Origin: a virus
Virus record (IMG/VR): IMGVR_UViG_3300027608_000016
Coordinates: 32,001 to 96,000 of that record
Length of the DNA stretch: 64,000 nt
Reading direction: 5' to 3' (one strand)
Part shown: positions 50,511 through 60,797 of the stretch, one piece after another
Layout: each line of letters begins with the position of its first letter
Position numbering within the stretch: the stretch's first letter is position 1
The notes under the pieces: model-generated
Database searches by the model: none
What the model was told of the DNA's origin: nothing
The model's input: only the letters and a program-made list of their open reading frames with translations
Position numbers and translations under genes: made by a program

Positions 50511-50861
50511 TTATTGTTGTGCATCATATTTATATTGTATAGGGGATAATTCTTTTTGGGCTTCTCTCTTTTGAAACATTTGATCATCAGCAGAGTTATT
50601 AGCTATTTCTAAACACTTTTTTAAAGTTTCGATATATTCGTCTTTAAGTCTGATTTCGTTCCTCAATCTTCTTACATTAAATAATGAATCGTCTCCAGTG
50701 TCTCTAGTCAATTCTTCTAATTCCAGAATACGTTTTTTCAATATTGTGACTTGTTCCATATCCCCTAGAATCGTGTCAGGTATTATGCTTAACCCTAAAG
50801 ACATACGATCTGCTCCAATACAAGCCTCATATGAAGCTATGTAATCATCTTTTGTTGGCAT
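50511..50861 (-). CDS. Hypothetical coiled-coil protein
   Basis: ORF in early-gene run. Confidence 0.45.
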   Translation of the reverse strand: MPTKDDYIASYEACIGADRMSLGLSIIPDTILGDMEQVTILKKRILELEELTRDTGDDSLFNVRRLRNEIRLKDEYIETLKKCLEIANNSADDQMFQKREAQKELSPIQYKYDAQQ

Positions 50862-51033
50862 TTTAAATCTCTTCTATGTTGAAATCCACAAACGGGAAAA
50901 GATATTCGTTGGTCTTCAATGTTTTTTTGTGATTCTTTTCAATCTTCATCATGCTTTTCAAAACATTGGATTTGTTTACCGTTTCAGTATGTTCTATTCC
51001 GTCTATTGTGTATGTTAAGTTATATTTTTTCAT

Positions 51034-51068
51034 AGGAACCATTATACTGCTTTTAACGCTATTGTCAA
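51034..51068 (-). promoter_or_regulatory. Consensus sigma70-like promoter
   Basis: TTGACA-N16-TATAAT-N7-ATG. Confidence 0.75.
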
Positions 51069-51481
51069 ATCATTTCGTGTGTTGAACAATACTTCTATAA
51101 TTTTCTTGGGAGGTTTTAAGATATTTCACAGACTCATTCACCATTTTACCTACAGTTAAAAATATTACTGATATTAGTAATATAGTCCCATATTTGTAAA
51201 ACCTGTTCACATAATTATTTATATGAATTTACCGCTTTTTCCAAAATTCATACCATTTTATTTTTGGTGGCATATATTTAAATTTGAAGGAAAAATCTTT
51301 AGAGGGGGTTTCTTTTAAAGGTTTAACTGAAATAAGCTCAGATGTTAAAAGAGTTTGCGAGATATTCTCAATAGTAGGAAAACCATTTTAGAGAAATTGA
51401 GTTTTCTTCTGAAAGGTCGAAGAAATCTTACATACCAAGGTGGTTTAATATATGGAGGTGCGAACTGGTTTTCTTGTGTTT

Positions 51482-51967
51482 TCATGTAATACTTTGTGAA
51501 TTTAAATCGTTCTGGCAAGAGTCGCATATTGCTGAATTTGTGCCTGTTACCAACTTTGCATCATGATGTCCGCAATAATCACATTCATAGTCTCCGAACT
51601 TCGGTTTTCTCTTAATATACATTTTACGGACATGATCCATACTTAATTTTACCATTTCGTAATCCGTTTCTTTATTGTTTTCGTGATCGCCAATTAAAGA
51701 ATGTAAAATATATTCTAAATCTATAAGTCTTCTAACATATGCTGCACAATATAACCCCCATTGATCTGAACCTAACGGCATACCCTGAGATTCTAATAAA
51801 TTAAGAAGAGTGTTTATTTGTTCATCACCATTTTTAAGATTTGCTAATCTGTAATGGGATTTAGGATATAACTTTTCCAAAGTAGATTCTTTCTGCGCTT
51901 TGAATCTTTCTGCACGTTCTTCGTTTTTAGTTTGCCGTGTTATTTTAATTTCCTTCATATACTTCAA
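51482..51967 (-). CDS. Hypothetical protein with C-terminal Zn ribbon
   Basis: CDYCG...AICDSC. Confidence 0.55.
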   Translation of the reverse strand: MKYMKEIKITRQTKNEERAERFKAQKESTLEKLYPKSHYRLANLKNGDEQINTLLNLLESQGMPLGSDQWGLYCAAYVRRLIDLEYILHSLIGDHENNKETDYEMVKLSMDHVRKMYIKRKPKFGDYECDYCGHHDAKLVTGTNSAICDSCQNDLNSQSIT

Positions 51968-52316
51968 CGCTTTCCGAATAGTATCCGTTAGAAACCCCCA
52001 ACCATCGAATTACAACCTTTCCCTTTTCTGTTATGAAAGTGAAACTTGTCCAAGTATATGATTCTGGTGCATCGTCCCAATTTTTAGGTTCTTCGTTGTC
52101 CTCATATGCTTCTATAACAGGTGTTCCTATTATACAGTTTATATCTCCTTCTATATACTCAACACCTACAGATTCACAACAATCCTGACAATGATACATG
52201 GATATTTTTTTACCGTTTTCCAAGGTGAATTCTACCCTATCCGAATTTTCGTTAGCACCTACTATATCAGTTATAGTTTGGTTTATTATAGATTTCAGTC
52301 TAAGTTCTGGCGACAC
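51945..52316 (-). CDS. Conserved phage hypothetical protein
   Basis: H.QDCCE.V...TWT..F.T.KG.V.IRW.G.SNGYYSE. Confidence 0.7.
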   Translation of the reverse strand: MSPELRLKSIINQTITDIVGANENSDRVEFTLENGKKISMYHCQDCCESVGVEYIEGDINCIIGTPVIEAYEDNEEPKNWDDAPESYTWTSFTFITEKGKVVIRWLGVSNGYYSESVEVYEGN

Positions 52317-52322
52317 AGTATT

Positions 52323-52679
52323 TTAATGGTAATGAGTTAATATTAAAGTTTCTGGAATAGGTTCTCCTTTAACATATTCTATTAAATCGTTAGAATATAA
52401 CCACTTGATAACTTCTTGTCCTCTTCCTACATTTAAACAGTCTTTAATATATGTCAACGGAATTCCATCAGAGCCAGAGCATTTCCAACAATAACCAGCT
52501 AACCAATATTTGCTACTCATCCCATCTAATAATATCCCCATTTGTCCTTCAGCCCCATCACCACACCAAGGAAAATCTAAATCGGCAAGTTTGTCTTGTT
52601 CATCCATAGACAGATTTGAATATTTATCCAAATCTAAATGAACAGCTAATAATATGTATGTTTCGTGTCTTACTCCCAT
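52323..52679 (-). CDS. Hypothetical protein
   Basis: TTGACT-N16-TATTAT-N6-ATG; DGMS.KY..AG. Confidence 0.6.
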   Translation of the reverse strand: MGVRHETYILLAVHLDLDKYSNLSMDEQDKLADLDFPWCGDGAEGQMGILLDGMSSKYWLAGYCWKCSGSDGIPLTYIKDCLNVGRGQEVIKWLYSNDLIEYVKGEPIPETLILTHYH

Positions 52680-52709
52680 TTGAACATAATATCACAATTT
52701 AACTGTAAG

Positions 52710-53576
52710 TCAACTTAGTATTTTTAATACCGCTAAGTCTTTGGCCTTAACCTCAACATCCCAATCATATTTCTGCTGTCGTAAATAATCAGCGTCTTCA
52801 TCGGTCAAATAGTCTGAATGTGAACGATCAGTAGGAGATTTCTTACCTGAACTTATATGGAATAATGGAGTGGTATCTTTCCAAGTCTCAACTGCGATAT
52901 TTATAGCGTCTTCATGGCTTATAGTATTGTTACAACGATGATGATGATAATCGAATGTAATAGGAATATCAAAGTGCTTTTTAATGTTTTCCACTCTCCA
53001 ACCTCCACCATCTTCATTCTCGAAAACTAATCTGCTCTTAACACCTTCAGAAAGTTTATCAATATTGGATTTTACTATAGATGCAGTATTCTCATCTGCT
53101 TTAGTTCCATTACTGATATGTATGTTAATAGGAGCGAAATGGTTTCTAGGCAGACCGAACAAATCGAACGTTTTAGCATGAACTTCCAAATTTTTAATAC
53201 CGTTTATATTGGTTTGTTCTTTGGATGATGATATAACACAGAATTGACTAGGATGAGTGCTTAATCTGCCTCCAAGTTCTAAATACTTCAATATATCATT
53301 TTTAACTGTTGCGAAATTGGTAACATCTTCGCAAAATTCTTCAAAATATTTAGAATATTCTGGATGATCCCATAAAGGGAATAAAGAGGAGGAAATACGA
53401 TATAACGGTAAATTGTTGGTTGTGTTATATGACAAAATCCTACTCAACTCTTCTAAATTGCTTTTAAACAATCTGAAAAGTTTTTGTTTCGGTTCGTTTT
53501 CTTTTTTTATGGATGTAAGAGTAGTGGTTTTAAACTTACTCTCGCCTCCTAGTGATATACAGCAATAGCCTAACAT
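52710..53576 (-). CDS. uvsE: UV damage endonuclease UvsE
   Basis: LGYCCI, YRISS.LFP, RLSTHPSQF, INIH, RLVFENED, FDYHHH, HIS, HSDY, EVKAKD. Confidence 0.92.
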   Translation of the reverse strand: MLGYCCISLGGESKFKTTTLTSIKKENEPKQKLFRLFKSNLEELSRILSYNTTNNLPLYRISSSLFPLWDHPEYSKYFEEFCEDVTNFATVKNDILKYLELGGRLSTHPSQFCVISSSKEQTNINGIKNLEVHAKTFDLFGLPRNHFAPINIHISNGTKADENTASIVKSNIDKLSEGVKSRLVFENEDGGGWRVENIKKHFDIPITFDYHHHRCNNTISHEDAINIAVETWKDTTPLFHISSGKKSPTDRSHSDYLTDEDADYLRQQKYDWDVEVKAKDLAVLKILS

Positions 53577-53610
53577 TCTTACACTATACCATGTAACAAA
53601 TAAACGTCAA
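53577..53610 (-). promoter_or_regulatory. Sigma70-like leaderless promoter of uvsE
   Basis: TTGACG-N16-TATAGT-N6-ATG with extended TG. Confidence 0.7.
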
Positions 53611-53612
53611 TA

Positions 53613-54785
53613 TTAATGTTGCCCCAACAATGTAAATCTAACATCCTTCCTCTGTGCAGGACGATCACTATCTCCTGCTGGTAATACTATAACATTATAT
53701 TGATAGGGATTTCCAATTTGTGATGGTAATTCGTCCGTGTATAATATCGTATCTAAACTCAATTGACTTTTTTGATGTTCTGTCAGTTTGGGGGTTTCTT
53801 TCAGGTAATCGAATACTGCTCTCCTAATTTTTTCTTTGCTTTCAGAATCTTTGAAAATTGTTTTACCTGTTTCTACATCCTTTTCAAATCTTCCATTTCT
53901 TAAAGTTTTTAGGAACTGGCTAAAAACTCTTGTTGGTATTATGAAACTCATTTTTACGTCTTTTTCGTTTTGTAATTTGCTTCGGTCAGATTCTTTTGCA
54001 CCATCACTGAAGTTCATTATCATCCCTGCACTTACACCTTTATTATACATGTCAGCAACCTTAGTGTAAGCATAAGACTCTACTTTATATCCGTTAATCG
54101 TTAATTTTTTGGTTATGCTTATTGCAATATCCAAATATTTATTACTGAAAAAATCCCCTGCATCGTTCCATCTTATTTCCAGAGTTTTTCCCTTTCTCTT
54201 GGCATCAAATGCGAATAACTCTAATTCTGAATATGCTTTACTTTCATATAAATCAGGATGGTTCATTAATAATTGCAACCTGTTTATAAGTTTTATGTTC
54301 TTCCCATCGTTCATGATATAAAAACCATGTCTAGCATAACAATTTGATATACACGAACCTGCTGATGGACAAGTGTTTATGACGTAAAATTCTTTATTTT
54401 CTTCATCCCATATAACTGCTCTCAATGCAGGTATTCCAGTATTTACAGTCATAATAGTTTCATCTACTGTGTGACCAGATTTCAAACCCACATCAAATAT
54501 GGTTTTAGGCATTAACATCAACTGCCTTTTAAAATTCTCCACGTTAGCATTATCAGGGATATTACCTTTGCTTATTAAAGGGAAATTGATATTAGGTTTA
54601 GAACGTTTAGGAGATGGAGTTTCTAGTCTTTTCAGTTCATCATTAAGTTGTTTAGCTACTGCATCTGGTGTAATACATTCTCTTTTAGCGTCTGGAAAAT
54701 CCTCCTCCCATTTAACTTCATCTAACCTAGTAGGTTGTATTAAAGTATATAGCTTTTCTAACAATATAACATCCTTATTCTTCAT
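53613..54785 (-). CDS. Gp88-like (radical-SAM-related) protein with leader
   Basis: TCPSAGSC...CYA..G, RWNDAGDF, YAYTK; MKNKDVILLEKLY...LDE; TAAATA upstream. Confidence 0.72.
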   Translation of the reverse strand: MKNKDVILLEKLYTLIQPTRLDEVKWEEDFPDAKRECITPDAVAKQLNDELKRLETPSPKRSKPNINFPLISKGNIPDNANVENFKRQLMLMPKTIFDVGLKSGHTVDETIMTVNTGIPALRAVIWDEENKEFYVINTCPSAGSCISNCYARHGFYIMNDGKNIKLINRLQLLMNHPDLYESKAYSELELFAFDAKRKGKTLEIRWNDAGDFFSNKYLDIAISITKKLTINGYKVESYAYTKVADMYNKGVSAGMIMNFSDGAKESDRSKLQNEKDVKMSFIIPTRVFSQFLKTLRNGRFEKDVETGKTIFKDSESKEKIRRAVFDYLKETPKLTEHQKSQLSLDTILYTDELPSQIGNPYQYNVIVLPAGDSDRPAQRKDVRFTLLGQH

Positions 54786-55172
54786 TGTTATATATTTAAC
54801 CTGAAAGTGTTCTATTTTAAGTAATTGGGGTTTATACTGATGTGACCATCTTTTCCTTCTTCATCTATAGTCCACTTGAAAATCCAATATTCTTCTTCGT
54901 CCAATGGCCCAATATATAAACAGTTTGTTTGTTATATTCATTCATAAATTGTTAACCTACTCCATTCGCCCCAAGAAGTAAAAATATTATAGCCAGTAAA
55001 AAACATATTAGAATAAAAGTCCATCCAACCAATAAAAGTTGAACTATTTTCAATATTAGAAATGACACACCTAATATAAAAAACAAAAGCATTAAAAGCA
55101 TTGAAAAGAATCCTGATAAATCGAACATGTCTTATATTATCACGTTAAGATACAAAGTCAAATAAATATAAC

Positions 55173-55583
55173 ATGAGGGAACATATAAATTTTACAGAAG
55201 CACCATACTGTGCTGTAGGAGAATATAAAAAAGGAGGTCAAGCTTTATTCGCATTAAAATCTTTCGATATAGGGGAAGAAGTAGCTAATTATTCATCTAC
55301 CATACCAAAATGTATAAGGGTTAAATTTGAAGACATTCCACCAGAACATTTAGATATGTGTTGGTGGGTTGGGTTATCAGAAGATATAGCTTGTTTGTTT
55401 CCTAGAGACAGTGTGTTTATGAGAGCTAATCACAGTAGTAACCCAAATACTAAATGGTTTCCTCTAGAATATAAATTGGTTGCTTCTCAGATAATAAATG
55501 TTGGAGATGAAATAACATATGATTATAGATTGGAGATTGCGCCACCATCAGTAAAAAACCATCCTCCTATTTGGGCAATTTAA
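55173..55583 (+). CDS. SET-domain protein
   Basis: GQALFA....GE, RANHSSNPN, I.VGDEITYDY. Confidence 0.82.
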   Translation: MREHINFTEAPYCAVGEYKKGGQALFALKSFDIGEEVANYSSTIPKCIRVKFEDIPPEHLDMCWWVGLSEDIACLFPRDSVFMRANHSSNPNTKWFPLEYKLVASQIINVGDEITYDYRLEIAPPSVKNHPPIWAI

Positions 55584-55600
55584 CGTTAAATATGGAATAT

Positions 55601-56515
55601 ATGAAATTTGATGACTTGGTTGTAAGTATAATGGAATCGGTGAAAAAAGAAGCCTTACCGACCATAAAAGTATTACACGATTACGTTAAAGATAAACGTG
55701 TGTATAATATCCCCATAAAAAAGGTTATACACGAATTAAAACCTACAAAATGGGAAAAAGGAGAAGAACGTCCCGGAACAAAAGAATTTATAAAACGTGC
55801 AAATAAAGCAGATTTGAAATATCCAATAATAGTGTTCAGGGGGAAAACAGGAAAACTTTTTATTATGGATGGAGTTCACAGAATCTGGAAAGCTAATAAA
55901 GAAAAAAAGAAAACGATTAAAGCTCATATTTTAACTTTAAAACAAGCACGTAAGTTTAAATGGAGAGATCATAACGGAATAACCGTTTCATTTTTGAACG
56001 AAGCTATTAACAAATTATGTAAAGGATATGTTTTCCCAAATGGAGAAATATTCAACGATATTAATCATGCAGATGCTTGGGATAATATTCCATCAAATAT
56101 AGATCATAAAAAATCTATGAAATATATCAATAATAACGGGGAGGTTGTTTTACAAGGAAAATTGAACAAATCAATCGCTAAAACTTTTGAGGATTATGGA
56201 ATAGATGTGAATAATATTAGATATGGAGCGATTGATGATGAAATGTTGGAAATTAATAAAAAATCAATTTTAGATAAAATTTCAAAATTGGGGTGGGTTA
56301 ATATTGGTGGGGGTTATAAAACTATTACAAAAATATATAATGACGAAGTATATTATACATACATAAAAACACCAAGCGGAGAATTTTATGAAGGTTTGTT
56401 TGGAGGAGTTACACCTGAATATGTTAAAATAATTGGTGGGCCAGAGAAAATAATTAAGACAGTTTTCTATAAAAAAGTTATCCCTATGGAGATATACAAT
56501 TCATCATTAATATAA
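55601..56515 (+). CDS. ParB/Srx-like domain protein with leader
   Basis: MKFDDLVVSIME; ADLKYPIIV...IMDGVHRIWKA; TAAATA upstream. Confidence 0.7.
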   Translation: MKFDDLVVSIMESVKKEALPTIKVLHDYVKDKRVYNIPIKKVIHELKPTKWEKGEERPGTKEFIKRANKADLKYPIIVFRGKTGKLFIMDGVHRIWKANKEKKKTIKAHILTLKQARKFKWRDHNGITVSFLNEAINKLCKGYVFPNGEIFNDINHADAWDNIPSNIDHKKSMKYINNNGEVVLQGKLNKSIAKTFEDYGIDVNNIRYGAIDDEMLEINKKSILDKISKLGWVNIGGGYKTITKIYNDEVYYTYIKTPSGEFYEGLFGGVTPEYVKIIGGPEKIIKTVFYKKVIPMEIYNSSLI

Positions 56516-56622
56516 GACGAAAATCTATTTGCAAATCTTTGGCCTTTCGATCCTCGAATATCGTCTTGCATTGCTCTGATTATTTCCATTGGGACAGAAT
56601 GTATTTTTTACGTTTTCGTTAT

Positions 56623-56817
56623 TCATATGATTTGTGTTTTGCTAATATAGCCTACTCTGAGCACTTCAATCGTGACTGTATTATCGTGCGTGTCAACCTC
56701 CCACTCGTCCACCACTTTGTGCAGGGCTTGCTTTACCGCAGTTTGAGCGTCCGCAGCTTCTTCTTGCTTTCGGGTCGTGAAGTTCCCGTCGAGTTGTATT
56801 ACCACTTCGTAGTTCAT
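56623..56817 (-). CDS. Hypothetical protein
   Basis: TTGACA-N16-TATGAT upstream. Confidence 0.5.
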   Translation of the reverse strand: MNYEVVIQLDGNFTTRKQEEAADAQTAVKQALHKVVDEWEVDTHDNTVTIEVLRVGYISKTQII

Positions 56818-56859
56818 ATGTTTAAAAGATCATATCACCACCTTTCAAAATGTCAAAAA

Positions 56860-57261
56860 TTAACTTTTAAATGAACGAATAAAACTTTTAATTTTATACA
56901 TGATTTTCATTTTTAAATGTCCTATAAGAGATATTTTCAGGTTGTCTTCTCCACTTACGAAATGCCTAAGCATATATTTACCATCCCTTTCAAATATTTG
57001 TAAAACTAGTATCCCCCTTTCAGATTTTAAATATTTTTCAAGTTCTTTTTTAGAGGTGAAAACTGTTTTACGTGCTTCATATACTTTAGATTTATATAAA
57101 ATTATAGGGGTTTTGTATGGTAATATATAAGCTTTTTTCGAATATTGTTCTGTCACATCTTCATGTTTGGTTTCTGGTATTTCATCATTACTCGAAATGA
57201 TTTTATTTAGTAAACCGCTATCAATATCAGTGTTGTTAAAATCTGTTGTGTATTTTTCCAT
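56860..57261 (-). CDS. Hypothetical protein
   Basis: Promoter-like sequence just upstream of ATG 57261. Confidence 0.45.
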   Translation of the reverse strand: MEKYTTDFNNTDIDSGLLNKIISSNDEIPETKHEDVTEQYSKKAYILPYKTPIILYKSKVYEARKTVFTSKKELEKYLKSERGILVLQIFERDGKYMLRHFVSGEDNLKISLIGHLKMKIMYKIKSFIRSFKS

Positions 57262-57280
57262 GTGAGTATTTAAACAGTTT

Positions 57281-57694
57281 TTATTTATTGTCAACACTCC
57301 AATACTCCGCTATCTCTTTTAACGTTTCATTAGCTTCTGCATAAGATACCACAGCCGTTTCATAATTCGTTAAATTAATCGAAAGAGCATTATAATTCAC
57401 TATCTTTATAAGTGTTTCTATAGTAAGAATTAAAGCCTTTGCACTTTTACCACTCATCTTACTAACCAAAGATATATAAGACGCATCCACACCTTTATAA
57501 GCCCATGCAATACGTTCATAAGCCACTTTAGGATCAGGATTCACAGAAGGATATTGAATTATCTCAGCAAGTATCTCATCCTCTTCATATGAATATCTCC
57601 ATTCTCCTTGAGTTCTGTCTTTATCAGCAAGGACGACATATTGAAGTGCCTTTATAATGTCTTGTAGTTTATTTAATAGTTTTTCGTTTATCAT
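57281..57694 (-). CDS. Hypothetical protein
   Basis: Coupled to upstream gene; TQGEW...DA.YI. Confidence 0.5.
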   Translation of the reverse strand: MINEKLLNKLQDIIKALQYVVLADKDRTQGEWRYSYEEDEILAEIIQYPSVNPDPKVAYERIAWAYKGVDASYISLVSKMSGKSAKALILTIETLIKIVNYNALSINLTNYETAVVSYAEANETLKEIAEYWSVDNK

Positions 57695-57999
57695 TTAGCT
57701 GCTATTATTATCCCTGTTATCGCCAAAATTCCCCCTATTAATTGTGTCCATGTTGGAGTAGTGCCTAGAAAATATAAAGCTATCATCCAACTTAAACTGT
57801 AAACAACATCATACACCAAAGCTGCAACCCAAGGAACCATAGGCATCTTGGTAATATTTGCCCACAAAGATACAGAAATCATTCCAGCTAAAAATGGCCA
57901 AATAGCACTGTATCCCTGTGACGATTTAATTTGAGCCATTGCACCTAATACTCCTGTCATAGCCACTAAAAAGAATATAAATATAGTAGAAAAGTTCAC
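57691..57999 (-). CDS. Small 4-TM membrane protein (SMR/DMT-like)
   Basis: Four hydrophobic helices, T..Q.IG..L.I.GI; TTGACA-N16-TAATAT upstream. Confidence 0.65.
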   Translation of the reverse strand: MNFSTIFIFFLVAMTGVLGAMAQIKSSQGYSAIWPFLAGMISVSLWANITKMPMVPWVAALVYDVVYSLSWMIALYFLGTTPTWTQLIGGILAITGIIIAAK

Positions 58000-58063
58000 A
58001 TCCTATATTACCATTAATTCTTGCAATGTCAATTTTAAACAGTCTATTATATTAAATAGTAAC

Positions 58064-58561
58064 ATGGGAATAAAACAAGACCTTGCTTACGCTATTGCAG
58101 AATTAAGAAGTGAAAGAGAAGCACGAATACTTCTTTTCAACACCATCAGAAATCATTTAGGTCTTGGAGACGAGGAACATACCCACTCTCAATTAGTAGC
58201 AGAAGTCAACTCGCGTATAGCAAATTATGAAAATAGATTGGCAGAATTCAAAGAGTTAGATGCTATAAAAAGTTTAAAGTTTGATGCGTTATTCAATTCT
58301 AATTCCGCTTTAACTTTAGAAATAGATAAACACTTGGACACTATTAAATCCTTGAGAGAAGAACACAAAGAAGAGTTATATAAGTCAAGAGAGGAACATA
58401 AACAAGAGCTATACAATTTAAGAGAGGAACATAAACAAGAGTTGGAGAAAATGAAGAATGGTTATGTGGCTGAATTAGAAGAAGTTAAGAATAAACAAAT
58501 TAAAACTCAAGAAGCTATTATAAAACTGTTAATGTTTCAACCCACAGAAAACATAACTTAA
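58064..58561 (+). CDS. Coiled-coil protein with 3x 11-aa repeat
   Basis: REEHK(E/Q)EL x3 (33-bp unit, about 58355-58444). Confidence 0.6.
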   Translation: MGIKQDLAYAIAELRSEREARILLFNTIRNHLGLGDEEHTHSQLVAEVNSRIANYENRLAEFKELDAIKSLKFDALFNSNSALTLEIDKHLDTIKSLREEHKEELYKSREEHKQELYNLREEHKQELEKMKNGYVAELEEVKNKQIKTQEAIIKLLMFQPTENIT

Positions 58562-58788
58562 ATTTTATACCTGAATGTTGTTGGATGCCCTAATGGATTA
58601 GTAGTGAATGTGCAAGACTCTAAATCATCATCCACTTTGAAACATCCCATAACTAATGCGTGATTCCCATCTTCCCCTTTGGCTTTACCCAACATTGTAG
58701 ATAATATAGATTTCTCTTCTTCTGTTTCAGGATATACTGTTATAGTAGGCTCTCCCTTGTGATTAAATATTGCTTCAGATTTCATAAT
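58558..58788 (-). CDS. Hypothetical protein
   Basis: ORF; start position uncertain. Confidence 0.35.
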   Translation of the reverse strand: MMKSEAIFNHKGEPTITVYPETEEEKSILSTMLGKAKGEDGNHALVMGCFKVDDDLESCTFTTNPLGHPTTFRYKI

Positions 58789-59021
58789 TGTTCCCAATCG
58801 TATTGAACAGATTTCTGCTGTTCCATCATATCGTCATATACTTTATTGCTGCCATTTCCCCAATAGTCACACAATAATCCACATTCTCTGCACTCATCCA
58901 CAGACACCGTTTCATAATAAGAGGACGATCCACAATTAGGACATACAGCATCTTCCGATTGTAACTCTTTACCATCATCTACTAAACCTTTACCGCAATT
59001 ACGAGGAAATTTAATTTTCAT
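58782..59021 (-). CDS. Small Zn-ribbon protein
   Basis: CPNCGS...CRECG. Confidence 0.55.
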   Translation of the reverse strand: MKIKFPRNCGKGLVDDGKELQSEDAVCPNCGSSSYYETVSVDECRECGLLCDYWGNGSNKVYDDMMEQQKSVQYDWEQL

Positions 59022-59365
59022 GGTTTCATTTCTTGTTTTTCATTGAAAGAATCTCTTAATATATACAATTCGTTTTTTAATTCCCTGTTTTCATTTTCGA
59101 GTTCGTCAACATTCTGTGCTTCCAGTGTCCATTGTGCAAAACATCTTTTCTGAGATTCTGTCATTTCATTCAATGCCATTCTCATATCCCCTGCTGTTTG
59201 AAAATCACTCTTAATCATTTCATTCCCAACATAAGAATGAAGATGATCTAATTCAGATAAAGCTTGCCTTAAAGACTCTCTCAATTCATTCTCCGTAAGC
59301 ATATCTATCATATCAGGAGTATCTTCCATTGGTTGTTCAGGTGCATTGTCGTTTTCCGTTATCAT
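59018..59365 (-). CDS. Hypothetical protein
   Basis: ORF in operon arrangement. Confidence 0.5.
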   Translation of the reverse strand: MITENDNAPEQPMEDTPDMIDMLTENELRESLRQALSELDHLHSYVGNEMIKSDFQTAGDMRMALNEMTESQKRCFAQWTLEAQNVDELENENRELKNELYILRDSFNEKQEMKP

Positions 59366-59371
59366 ATTATA

Positions 59372-59944
59372 TTATTGTAAAGGCCAAGCACCACAAGAAC
59401 CAGTCGTAGATGAAGTAATGGTTAAACAAGATTTGTCGTCGTTTTTCGCTTTTGCTCTGTCAAAACACTCTACTATTTGAGTCGCAACAGCAGCAACTTG
59501 AATCAATTCTTTTCTTAAACCTTCTGCTGCCTCCCCTCCAAACTTTTCATGTAATGCTGCTTGTGCAAATTCTCCACATTCTTCAGAGAGAATAGCAGAC
59601 CAAGTAATATTGTCATGATCCTGAACACCCCACTTTTTATCTTGACTCCTCCTCTCCTCTCTAATATCTTCCAATATCTTCTCTTGCGATTCATACCTTC
59701 CAACCCTTTCTAATTGATTGAACCCTCTAAAATCAGTAATCTTATTATCCTCTAATAACTTGGAAACAACTTCTGAACAGGATGCCATCATCAATTTACC
59801 ATTGTTAGTAGTAGGATCAAATTCTTTGGTATCAGGTCTTGTCTCATATCCAAAAGATGGTGCAAGTCTTTCATATGTATCGTGAAAGAGTGTTGCAATT
59901 TCTAATGGGGTTTTACCAGCTATTAAATTGTTTTCTTTGTTCAT
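59372..59944 (-). CDS. Two-domain protein with MazG-like NTP pyrophosphohydrolase
   Basis: FHDTYERLAPSFGYETR domain; ER..QD.KWG.QDH...ILSEECGE.AQA...ELIQVAAV; TTGAAG-N16-TATAAT-N6-ATG. Confidence 0.75.
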   Translation of the reverse strand: MNKENNLIAGKTPLEIATLFHDTYERLAPSFGYETRPDTKEFDPTTNNGKLMMASCSEVVSKLLEDNKITDFRGFNQLERVGRYESQEKILEDIREERRSQDKKWGVQDHDNITWSAILSEECGEFAQAALHEKFGGEAAEGLRKELIQVAAVATQIVECFDRAKAKNDDKSCLTITSSTTGSCGAWPLQ

Positions 59945-59986
59945 CGTTGCATTATATCATAAGTATGTTAAACTTCAAATACCAAT

Positions 59987-60319
59987 ATGAAATTCGATAA
60001 CCTAGCCAATTCAATATTAGAACAGATTAAACCTACTGGAATCGAAGAGCATTCTGTTCGTTTAGTTACTGATGAAGGAGGAGACGAAACAGCAGAGGTA
60101 ATGGTGCATACAAACGTTGATGATGATATTATATTAAGAGCTTATGCTTACGCTGATGAAGCTGGTAAGTTCCCCAAAGATGCTATATTAGGAAAAACTA
60201 AGAATCCTCTTTTCGTAGAAGTCGCTATCTGGTATGTCAACGATCAAATAGAATGGGTCAGAGATCAGATAAGTGATAAACGTGCAGAGAATGTTCCTTT
60301 CAAAGTAACGTATTATTAG
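59987..60319 (+). CDS. Protein with leader
   Basis: MKFDNLANSILE. Confidence 0.6.
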   Translation: MKFDNLANSILEQIKPTGIEEHSVRLVTDEGGDETAEVMVHTNVDDDIILRAYAYADEAGKFPKDAILGKTKNPLFVEVAIWYVNDQIEWVRDQISDKRAENVPFKVTYY

Positions 60320-60378
60320 TTTTATCGCATAAAACTGGTTTATCGGATTTAACACATATCACCTACGCGAGAGCTTAT

Positions 60379-60766
60379 TCAATCGCCCCATAGGTTTAAG
60401 CATCTCTGCAAGGGTTTCAGCTTTCTCCATCTTCCTTTGCCACCCACTCCAAAACCATTTGGCCTCCAATGACTTAGGAGGATATACTCTTACGCGATCT
60501 GCATATTCTTATACAGTTAATCCTTCTGCTTCCTCTATAGATAGTTGTTCACTTCTTCCATCAATGTTTAGATATACTGAAATGCTATATCCCTCTTCTC
60601 TAGTAACAAGAGGTATTGATTTAATCTCTGCCCATTCTCTTTTAAGTTTCTCCCAAGTAAGATTCGCACGAACAATACAATTACTATCCCAACTACCCTC
60701 ACACCTTCCTCCTCAATGATCAGCAGAGTTTGGCTTATATGCAACTAAAGAATATGACGTATTCAT
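60379..60766 (-). pseudogene. Decayed early gene with in-frame stops
   Basis: Intact TTGACA-N16-TATTAT-N7-ATG; MNTSYSLVAYKPNSADH*GGRC...LTV*EYADRV... Confidence 0.55.
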
Positions 60767-60797
60767 ACAGCGAATAATACACTATATAAACCTTTTG

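Noticed and set aside
60713-60715. Selenocysteine at H*GGRC
   Set aside because: No convincing SECIS hairpin, and a second in-frame TAA follows, so decay is the simpler explanation.
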